From positions 1 through 12,595 of the forward strand of contig NW_021826558.1 in NCBI RefSeq assembly GCF_006345805.1: a stretch of 12,595 bases of DNA, in the 5' to 3' direction. The stretch is from Octopus sinensis. Lineage: Eukaryota. The notes under the pieces are model-generated. The model saw only the letters and a list, made by a program, of their open reading frames with translations, was not told the origin of the DNA and did not search any database. Shown one piece after another: positions 1 through 7,622 of the stretch; within the stretch, counting starts at the first letter, position 1, and each line of letters opens with the position of its first letter. The position numbers and the translations under genes were made by a program.

Positions 1-113
1 TCTTTGTATTTGAAATATTATTATTATATTATTATTATTATATTATATTATTATATTATTATTATTTTTTATTATATTATATTATTATTATTATCATTAT
101 TATTATTATTATT
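1..113. repeat. (TTA)n microsatellite; on the minus strand it is the (AAT)n tail of the adjacent SINE
   Basis: Imperfect TTA/ATT repeats from the window start, directly abutting the 3' end of the tRNA-like head at 114. Confidence 0.9.
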
Positions 114-187
114 CAGGTCACTACCTGGAATCGAACTTGGAATCTTGGGGTTAGCAGCCTGCACTCTTAACCACTATGCCATATGCC
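114..187 (-). mobile_element. Short tRNA-derived SINE (or tRNA pseudogene) with (AAT)n tail
   Basis: Minus strand reads GGCATATGGCATAGTGGTTAAGAGTGCAGGCTGCTAACCCCAAGATTCCAAGTTCGATTCCAGGTAGTGACCTG then (AAT)n. Pol III A box TGGCATAGTGG at 171-181, B box GTTCGATTCC at 127-136, anticodon-loop-like CTGCTAA. The stems are mismatched, so it is not a functional tRNA. Confidence 0.8.
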
Positions 188-194
188 AGTGTGA

Positions 195-195
<1 letters not shown>

Positions 196-254
<59 letters not shown>

Positions 255-299
255 TTGTATGCATGTATATGTATGTACGTGTGTGTGTGTGTTTGTGTG
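196..299. repeat. (TATG)n then (TG)n microsatellite
   Basis: Direct reading. Confidence 0.95.
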
Positions 300-687
300 T
301 TCTAAGTATTTAAACTGAATTCGGTTTCAACCGTAGAGTTTTGGAGTTATTCGGCACATGAAGTCACCACTAAGTCACCATTAGACCCAGTTACATCCTT
401 ACTCAGAACGGTAGCATATTTCAAGGTACCATATGTGAATTAAATAGATTGAACTGCATCCGCGAGTGAGAACCAAGTTAGGGTCTTGTTCAATAGTAAA
501 GTTTATTCACAGCAGTGAGTTACGTACAATGTAAAATGCCTTGTATAAGATTTCTGTAAAGAAGTAAGTTGTGTTTTATAGAGATGTCTATAGTGTGTGA
601 TAGCGGTAAATGAATGCGTGAAGATATTATATGTACTTTGTGTAAATAGGAAAATACTTGATAGAAATGTTTCTAGAAAACATGGGA

Positions 688-1101
688 GGGATCTTTTCGG
701 TTTGAACGGCAGTTTTTTCTAGCGGTGTCATATGAAATTGTCACCCATAATTATGACCCTAGTATCGATCTATTGCATTTCAATCTGTTTTAGGGTTAGG
801 GTTAGGGCTGGGAGGAAGGGTATCTTTTTTTCTTCACAAATGTAAATAAACCCAATCTGTTTCTTAAAAGAGGAACATATTCATACGGCACAGAATGTTT
901 TATCTCAATAGACGTCATTGATTGGTTGAAATTGCAGAAATTGAAAAAAACAACAAATATCTTACAAACTATAGAATTTTCTCAATAAAGCCAATAGAAA
1001 AAGATGTTTTATAAACATATTCTACCAGTATACGAAGTTTAAAAGTCTTTAGTTATGTGGAAATTATTTTTAAAAAGTGCCGTTCAAACCGAAAAGATCC
1101 C
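688..1101. mobile_element. Complete non-autonomous DNA transposon (MITE), 414 bp, 24-bp perfect TIRs, 6-bp TSD
   Basis: Left end GGGATCTTTTCGGTTTGAACGGCA (688-711) is the exact reverse complement of right end TGCCGTTCAAACCGAAAAGATCCC (1078-1101). ATGGGA flanks both sides (682-687 and 1102-1107). No coding capacity. Confidence 0.93.
790..812 (+). repeat. (TTAGGG)3-CTGGG telomere-like repeat / canonical G-quadruplex motif inside the MITE
   Basis: TTAGGG at 790, 796 and 802, plus GGG at 810-812. This gives four G3 tracts with loops of 3, 3 and 2 nt, and a further GGG at 818-820. Confidence 0.85.
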
Positions 1102-1537
1102 ATGGGAGATTATGGCATTGAGTTTGGTCGATACTGTTGGTACACGTGAACGAAAAGTTGTTCTTGTGTGAGAGACGTCAGCACAAATGCGACAGAACCA
1201 AACTACAAGCCGCGAGTCCTTAGAAAAACGATGTAAAGGAACTCAATTAAACATGGTCGCAGCCACATTGTGTAAGTGACAAACGGACGTAGTAGAGAGA
1301 GCTTGATACAAGGAACCTGTCTATTCGGCCAAAACACACCGAACGGATCTGTAAACCTACTGTGTCGTCTGTGCTTACTTGAGATTAAAAATGTATGTGT
1401 TAGTCTAATGCTAGCACAGACATGGTACAAACATAACAGACACAGAAACATCTCTCAAATTTATAAATAGGATATAAGTTACACTCAGAGATACTGAGTG
1501 CCTTAACTTTGATTTAGTAAACAAAAAGCTTATATTC

Positions 1538-1647
1538 TGTGTGTGTGTGTGTGTGTATGCAAATGTATATACATATACATATGTGTGTCTGTCTTTGCAT
1601 GCATGTGTGTGCTTGTGTCTATCTATCTGTCTGTCTGTCTATCTATG

Positions 1648-1703
<56 letters not shown>

Positions 1704-1745
1704 CATCTGTCTGTCTGTCTGTCTATATATCTATCCATCCATCCA

Positions 1746-1780
<35 letters not shown>

Positions 1781-1816
1781 AACTAACGATCTATCTATCA
1801 GTATCTGTCTGTCTGT

Positions 1817-1892
<76 letters not shown>

Positions 1893-1963
1893 ATCTATCT
1901 ATCTATATATATCTTATCTATCTATCTATCCATCTGTCTGTCTGTCTTGCTATATCTCTCATA

Positions 1964-2001
<38 letters not shown>

Positions 2002-2089
2002 ACTAACGATCTATCTATCAGTATCTGTCTGTCTGTTTATCTATCTATCTATCTATCTATCTCAGCCCTGTGTGGCTAATAAAGAAACA

Positions 2090-2129
<40 letters not shown>

Positions 2130-2130
2130 C

Positions 2131-2181
<51 letters not shown>

Positions 2182-2265
2182 CATCTATCTATCTATCTAT
2201 CTATCCATCTATCTATCTATCTGTTTGTCTGCCTGTCTCTATGTATGTATTATGTATACATATAT
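1538..2265. repeat. Compound microsatellite (TG)n/(ATCT)n/(GTCT)n/(ATCC)n/(CT)n with an internal 220-bp-period duplication
   Basis: Direct reading. AACTAACGATCTATCTATCAGTATCTGTCTGTCTGTTTATC occurs at 1781 and 2001. Confidence 0.95.
2063..2090 (+). mobile_element. Probable 3'-terminal tag of a retroposon embedded in (ATCT)n
   Basis: Unique CAGCCCTGTGTGGCTAATAAAGAAACAT containing AATAAA, with (ATCT)n on both sides. Resembles recalled octopus retroposon 3' ends (...AGCCCCTTGTGGGCAATAAAGAAAT); unverified. Confidence 0.5.
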
Positions 2266-2740
2266 TTAAGTGCTTGTTTCTTTGGAGAGCAAGTGCATAT
2301 GCGCAGATCTGTATATTTCAGCATACAAAGAACGATTCTTCATATAATAAATGCTAAAAGAAAATCAAAAATATTTTTAAAAATTTAGAGAAATAAAAAA
2401 AAACAATATTATTGATTTAAATAATATAATAAAAACCCCCCAAAAAACAAGAAAAAAACAAAACAAAAGTTGACAAAAAACAATAATGAAATATAAGTTG
2501 GTTGATTTCCAGAGTTTTCTTTTTGGAAAATTTCTTTGTTTTAGAAAACAGAAGTTATGGATATTTTCTTAAAAACATGGGGATTATTTTTCCTGCGATA
2601 CATCACTTTTCTTAGACGTTCAGAGACACAATCTTGTCATTGGCTAAACTTTATTTTATTTTATTGTATGTATAAAATATTTTATTCCTAGTTATATTTT
2701 AGTGTATGTCATATATGGATATATATTATATTAAGTTGTG

Positions 2741-2742
<2 letters not shown>

Positions 2743-2775
<33 letters not shown>

Positions 2776-3004
2776 TAGATTGTATATATTATGTTATTTA
2801 GAATAAAACATTTTCTAAGTTTAACGCAATGCAGTAAAAAACGTGATTTGAATGTTACCTATATACATGCGTATACACATACATACAAATATATATATAC
2901 ATACACACATACATATACACATACATGCACACATACATGCAAACATACATACATACGTACATACATACAAATATAAATACATTCAACATCTATCCATCTA
3001 TCTG

Positions 3005-3045
<41 letters not shown>

Positions 3046-3097
3046 ATCATCTATCTATCTATCTATCTATCTATATATTATATAGATATATTTATAT

Positions 3098-3143
<46 letters not shown>

Positions 3144-3409
3144 TAGGGTGTTTGAAGGGGTAGGAGAGAAAGAGAGAGAGAGAGAGAGGTAAAGAGAGTG
3201 GTATATATATTTATATATATATATATGTAAGCTTGTATGCTATTTATACACACACCACACATATAATGTAGATAGGGTTGAAATCCAAGGCGTTTGTATA
3301 TATTATATATAAATATATATACACATATGTGTATATGTATATCTATCTATACATACATATATATATAAATACATGCATGTATATATACATATACACACAT
3401 ACGTCTATG

Positions 3410-3484
<75 letters not shown>

Positions 3485-3490
3485 TGTATA
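2743..3490. repeat. Cluster of (TG)n, (CATA)n, (ATCT)n, (TA)n and (GA)n microsatellites with short unique spacers
   Basis: Direct reading; main blocks about 2743-2772, 2859-3226 and 3296-3490. Confidence 0.9.
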
Positions 3491-3826
3491 AGTAATTATA
3501 TGCTTGTATATGTATACGCATGCATTACAATCAACCTGACATATCTGGTGGTAGGGCGATTGTTAAAAATTATTTTCGTACCTACATCCACCATCAATGC
3601 ATATAAATATGTAAATTTTTCCATCTCCATATCTAGGTTTTTTTTCTTCTTCTTCATATATTCTCACACTCTCCTTTTTTCTTCTGTTTTCAGTTTACTA
3701 TGCAAAGAAACTGTATACAATTTTGGTTTATGGAAGCAAAGCGATAATGCAGAAAAAAAATAAGGAAGAACAGCAACACTATTTCACACATAGCGAAGGA
3801 TACACCTCACCATCAAATAGAAACAA

Positions 3827-3828
<2 letters not shown>

Positions 3829-3865
<37 letters not shown>

Positions 3866-4020
3866 TGTGTGAAATTTGATTTAGTATTTCTATATTGAGT
3901 TTTTTTCCTTGTAAGTTTTGGATTCTATTCCCTCAAATCAAAATAGTCATATATATATATATATATACACTCATACAGTCCTATACACACACACACACAC
4001 ACGCACACACATATGTATGT
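3829..4020. repeat. (TA)n and (CA)n microsatellites flanking a short AT-rich spacer
   Basis: Direct reading. Confidence 0.85.
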
Positions 4021-4192
4021 TAGGGCATCTACGCACGAAAGAAAAATGATATTACGGAGATAGGCGGAAAACCTCTTGGGCGAATATTGATGTAGGATAT
4101 GTTTAAAATAAATAGCTATACAAAGACTTGAAACAATTGGTAGTCAGTGTATCGATATAGTCTTAGGTCTTTATATATCATTTATGAATAAT

Positions 4193-4240
4193 GTTATACG
4201 TAATGTAAGTTAGCGTGTCGGCAAAAGATGCTGAAATACT
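4193..4240 (+). mobile_element. Decayed SINE body fragment, cut off by the MITE end at 4241
   Basis: GTAAGTTAGCGTGTCGGCAAAAGATGCTGA resembles the recalled octopus SINE segment GTAACTTAGCGGTTCGGCAAAAGAGACCGATAGAATAAGTAC. The same segment appears inverted at 6270-6341. Confidence 0.45.
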
Positions 4241-4322
4241 GGGATCTTTTCGGTTTGAACGGCAGTTTTGAACATAATTTCTAGGTAATTAAAAAATTTT
4301 AAACTTCGTATACTGGTAGAAT
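4241..4322 (-). mobile_element. One-ended copy of the 688-1101 MITE (its right end, in opposite orientation)
   Basis: 4241-4264 is identical to the 24-bp TIR. TTTTAAACTTCGTATACTGGTAGAAT (26 nt, ending at 4322) is identical to the reverse complement of the first copy near 1020-1045. The intervening ~30 nt is diverged. Confidence 0.92.
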
Positions 4323-4371
4323 GGGATCCAAGTAAGCCTCTGAAGTAATGAAACTCTCCAGTATCACTTGT

Positions 4372-4740
4372 GAATTTGTTTATTTTGTCCCTGAGGATAT
4401 TCGTCTGCAATGACTGACTTTGAGCAGTGATTATATATCCTTCCGACACTTTCTTAACATCTCCAGCCTTCAGCCATAACCAAGACTCCTCTGCTCCGAC
4501 GTTCTGCGTTTATCTGACATGCTGACCGTGTAGTTCTTTCCCTCGGATGTTTCTTTCTCTCTTCCCTTTTCTTCTTTTCTTGTACTCTCGTTGCCGTTTT
4601 CCAGAGTTTGTTTCTCCTCTCTTCTGGTAGCTGAAATAAGTCTTTCTGAGTTGCTTCCCATATATTCTTCTATATCAAGTTTTGTAACCATACTGCATCG
4701 TTCATCACGCGGATAAAAAAGGGACGTGTTCGGATCATAG
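4372..4740 (-). pseudogene. Decayed fragment of an R4/Dong-like (RLE-type) non-LTR retrotransposon ORF, region downstream of the RT core
   Basis: Manual minus-strand translation joins the two track ORFs across a frameshift and a stop: ...KLDIEEYMGSNSERLISATRREE / EYKKRRKGKRERNIRGKELHGQHVR*TQNVGAEESWLWLKAGDVKKVSEGYIITAQSQSLQTNILRDKINK. This matches the R4-clade pattern K.LHGQ...SW.WL..G..K.E.EG.I.AAQ.Q.L.T. The downstream CCHC knuckle and RLE nuclease are absent. The upstream boundary is approximate. Confidence 0.85.
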
Positions 4741-4978
4741 GTAGGAGGGTCTGTTCGAAAATATATTGTCGTCTCCATTCAATATAGGTATAGGCAACAA
4801 TAAACCTTCAACTTACTCTGGGAAACATGACGCAGGAGCACACAAGATGGGAGTACAAAGAATGTGTAGATCCCAGGACTTCAAAAATGCCCGAGGACGC
4901 TACTCCTACGATACTCCAACGAGTAGGGGGCAGAGAAAATGAATGGATTGATGTAAAAGCAGGAGAAAAAAAGCACCA

Positions 4979-5006
4979 CTGAAGATGTACAAAAATCCGA
5001 AACGTA
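4979..5006 (+). ncRNA. Possible degenerate minimal hammerhead motif (weak)
   Basis: CTGAAGA (4979-4985), T, G...C, GAA (4999-5001), palindromic ACGT, then A. The core is intact, helix II has only 2 of 4 pairs (GTAC/ATCC), and there is no helix I pairing. Confidence 0.35.
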
Positions 5007-5037
5007 AAACTACAAATTTAGTACTATCGTTATTAAA

Positions 5038-5233
5038 TACGAGGGTCGCTTGGAAAAGGTCATAGACTGACCAAGATACTTGCTTTGAATGTGACCAAAT
5101 TAGGTTTTCTTTCCAACACGGCCCCACTTTCTGTCCAAAAATTTCTTCCATCGAAGTTGTAATGCCTGCTTGAATCCCATTGGTGAAGAAGTCATCAACA
5201 ACAATGACGTCATCATCACTGCGATTTCGGTTC
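5038..5233 (-). mobile_element. 3' end of a mariner (Tc1/mariner superfamily) element: transposase C-terminus relic, TIR and TA
   Basis: Minus strand gives RSDDDVIVVDDFFTNGIQA, a frameshift, then LQLRWKKFLDRK..., matching the mariner C-terminal pattern SDDEV...F..GI..L..RW.KC....GDY.EK. The plus strand begins TA (5038-5039) CGAGGGTCGCTTGGAAAAG, a typical mariner terminus. The other TIR is not found. Confidence 0.85.
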
Positions 5234-5670
5234 GTATAAAGGAGAGTTATCTCTGATGTGTTTACTCGTTCTAAAAGTGAACAATGAATAAAATAGATAT
5301 CACCACGCACACTTTTCGCCGTGCAAAAACGATGTGAACCGAATGTATCGTATCAACAAGGAGAGTTCATCGTCAAATTGAATCGGGATTTAACGTAACC
5401 TGATCGCTTAGTTATTTCGATAGTTCAAATTGTTGCTAAGAATATGAAGAGAAAACCAGGAGATACTTTATAGAATTATCCCTTCTTGCAACGCGCTGAA
5501 ACCTCAAAAGGTAACACAAATATTTCCGCCGCAAGATATAGAATTGTAAACCAATATTTTAGTTCCTGATAAAGTATGTTGCTGCCTTGGGCAAAACAAA
5601 TAATAATTATCTTTCGCTTACACGCGTTATCTTAACTGATTTGAAGTCCTACCGTAAGAGACATCTTTGG

Positions 5671-6086
5671 CGTCGTCGTCGTCGTCGTTGGCGTCGTGAT
5701 CATCATCATGAATATTCTCCTCCTTCTCACCTCCCTCTCTCTTCCCTCTCCTCCACTCCTCTCCTCCTCCCCTACCCCTCCTGCTATTCTTGATCGTTAT
5801 AATCATTATAACCCCCACCACCACCCTCATCCCACCACTGCCACTGTCAACACCCCGCTCCTCCTCCTCCTCCTCCTACTACTACTAATAATAATACTAC
5901 TGCTACTACTATTAATAATAATAACAACAATAGTAATAATAATAGTAGCAATAGTAATAATAATAAAAGTCATCATACTAACTTTGTCATAATTATTACA
6001 ACCAACACCCTTCTCCGCCCCTTCTCTTCCCCTCCACCTCCTCTTCTTCCGCCCCCTTCTCATCCCTACCCTCCCCTCCTTCCCTC
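5671..6086. repeat. Compound trinucleotide / low-complexity tract: (CGT), (CAT), (CCT), (CCA), (ACT), (AAT), flanked by C-rich polypyrimidine blocks
   Basis: Direct reading. Confidence 0.9.
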
Positions 6087-6131
6087 AGTAGCAGTAAATC
6101 GTGCCTATCAGTATTACTATTGATTCATGAA

Positions 6132-6225
6132 GTTTTGGGTTCAAATGCTGGCGAGGTCGACTTCGCTTTCATAGATTCGGGGCCGAGAAAATAAGTACTA
6201 GATGAGTACTTAGTTGTAATCGACT
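6132..6225 (+). mobile_element. Decayed tRNA-derived SINE (B box and conserved central domain)
   Basis: GGTTCAAATGCTGGCGAGGTCGACTTCGCTTTCATAGATTCGGGGCCGAGAAAATAAGTAC aligns with the better preserved copy at 9379-9503 read on the minus strand (GAGTTCAAATTCCGCCGTGGTCGACTATACCTTTCATCCTTTCGGGGTGGATAAATTAAGTAC). Confidence 0.85.
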
Positions 6226-6269
6226 CCATCAACCCTGATTGCATATATATAATTTCCCTTATAATCTGT

Positions 6270-6341
6270 TACATATTCTATCGCTCCGTTTGACTGAACC
6301 TCCATGTTTCGATGTAAACACACCAACACCGGTTGTCAAAC
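6270..6341 (-). mobile_element. Decayed SINE body fragment
   Basis: Minus strand GTTTGACAACCGGTGTTGGTGTGTTTACATC...GGTTCAGTCAAACGGAGCGATAGAATATGTA resembles a recalled octopus SINE consensus (AACCGGTGTTGGTGTGTTTACGTCCCCG...CGATAGAATAAGTA); unverified. Confidence 0.6.
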
Positions 6342-6379
6342 AAACAGACACAAAAACACATGCTGACAGACCCATGCGC

Positions 6380-6540
6380 ATATATGTACATATATCCATA
6401 TATACATGTACACACACACATATATATAGAGAGAAAGGGAAAGATAGATAGATAGGTAGATAGATAGATACATATAGATACATACCTGCGTACATGCATA
6501 CATATATACATACATACATATACACACATACATAGAGAGA
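6380..6540. repeat. (TA)/(CA)/(GATA)/(CATA) compound microsatellite
   Basis: Direct reading. Confidence 0.9.
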
Positions 6541-6574
6541 TAGAAGGATAAATGTAGTTATATAGATTTATTAG

Positions 6575-6744
6575 AAGGATCAAGATTCTGATCACAACTG
6601 CCCGACGAACGGGAACGTGAAACTCTGAGTACGAGATTTTGGTGATATTCTTGGAGCTTTAATAAAAAAGCATATGACTCTACTTACGGTATTCGAGTAC
6701 TATTTGTTTTTTCACCTAGCTTTGCATTTATATGCTTGCTCTGA
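6575..6744 (+). mobile_element. Probable Penelope-like element terminal-repeat relic (A)
   Basis: Contains a minimal hammerhead motif (6598-6635) followed by AATAAA (6661-6666) and a T-rich 3' segment. Penelope-like pseudo-LTRs are known to carry minimal type I hammerheads. Boundaries approximate. Confidence 0.6.
6598..6635 (+). ncRNA. Degenerate minimal type I hammerhead ribozyme motif
   Basis: CTGC | CCGACGA (core CUGANGA with U4C) | ACG-GGAA-CGT (helix II, GNRA loop) | GAA | ACTC-T-GAGT (palindromic helix III) | A (GUA site at 6629-6631) | CGAG (helix I, 2 of 4 pairs). Confidence 0.7.
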
Positions 6745-7385
6745 TATATTATATATATAAATATTATATATATATATATATATACATGCAGACATACGTC
6801 ACACTCTTTCGCCTTTATTTCTCGTAACTCATCTCAGTGATCGTGTGTCTATATTTACCTGTGTATTACGTATCTCTAACTATTCATTTTTTCAGTGTAT
6901 TTACATAGAGCTACCTAGATTTATCATTCTTACTACTAACCTATGCACCCATCTGTCTATATATATCGATAAAACTATTTATCTAACATATAGACTAAGT
7001 ATAACGATGTTGTTCATCGGCTCTTTAAGAATAAATACAACCTACATTGAAGCAAGTCAGAGCGAATCCTCTACTTAGGTATTGCCGTGGATTCAAAAAC
7101 GTAACAAAGTAACTAGTTATCTTTTCTTCGTTGCTTACTTCAAAGTCTTAACAACAACCCACACACAAATGGCTTTGTTGTTTCAGTTTTAATGGCGGCT
7201 CTACTACTGCATTAGACATGAATATGAAATGGAAGAACAGTCGCCTGTCTGCCTTGTGTTTGTTTGTCTGCCTGACGATCAGCGTGCACTTATGAAGATA
7301 TGCATGGGTGTGTATGTGTATACTATATCTATATAGTATATATTTATATATATATATATATAATATATATATTATTATATATATA

Positions 7386-7582
7386 AAGGATAACGCCATG
7401 TTAGATCGCTAGCTCCTACACGCATTTTTCTTTCCTTGTTTTTTTTTCTGTGTATCTTTCTGTCGAAGAGCGTAGGCTCGAAACGGAAAAAACTTTTTCT
7501 ATTCCTGAGCGCTATACTAATACATATGTTGTTTGTACTCCACCTGCCTTCGTCTTTTGTTCATTTTCGTAAACCTTCCCGT
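7386..7582 (+). mobile_element. Probable Penelope-like element terminal-repeat relic (B), bounded by (TA)n on both sides
   Basis: Contains a hammerhead-like motif at 7455-7493. Resembles a recalled abundant octopus repeat (GAAGAGCGTAGGCTCGAAACGTAAAAGAC); unverified. Confidence 0.6.
7455..7493 (+). ncRNA. Degenerate variant minimal type I hammerhead motif
   Basis: TCTTT | CTGTCGA (core with A6U) | A | GAGC-GTAG-GCTC (4-bp helix II) | GAA | ACGG (ACGT expected) | A | AAAAAC (helix I, TTT/AAA). Confidence 0.6.
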
Positions 7583-7583
7583 T

Positions 7584-7620
<37 letters not shown>

Positions 7621-7622
<2 letters not shown>

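Noticed and set aside
114-187. Functional tRNA-Ser(GCT) gene
   Set aside because: Anticodon and T stems are mismatched, there is no long variable arm, and an (AAT)n tail follows instead of a clean terminator.
435-510. Imperfect hairpin (GTGAAT...TTGAAC / GTTCAA...ATTCAC), pre-miRNA-like in size
   Set aside because: Only short A/T-rich helices with bulges; expected by chance in this composition.
677-686. AAAACATGGG recurring near 2573 and 8734, similar to the MITE's empty target site
   Set aside because: Similarity does not extend, and a triple 10-mer is plausible by chance in 12.6 kb of AT-rich DNA.
1539-2357. Long ORFs rich in YLSI/CVCV, and the equivalent MYVC/HTYI ORFs at 4-318, 2791-3763, 6259-6595 and 10868-12470
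   Set aside because: They are translations of stop-poor microsatellites, open in several frames and on both strands, with no recognisable domain.
4906-5310. 134-aa minus-strand ORF as a host gene
   Set aside because: Only about 20 residues match a mariner transposase C-terminus. The rest is out-of-frame read-through across the TIR.
5696-6063. Poly-Leu/Ile and poly-Arg/Ser ORFs resembling membrane or low-complexity proteins
   Set aside because: They derive from the trinucleotide tract on both strands, with no splice or homology support.
7218-7295. Short ORF MNMKWKNSRLSALCLFVCLTISVHL resembling a signal peptide; it overlaps CTGC-CTGACGA at 7268-7278
   Set aside because: It stops after 25 codons with no good splice donor, and the CTGACGA has no helix II or GAAA downstream.
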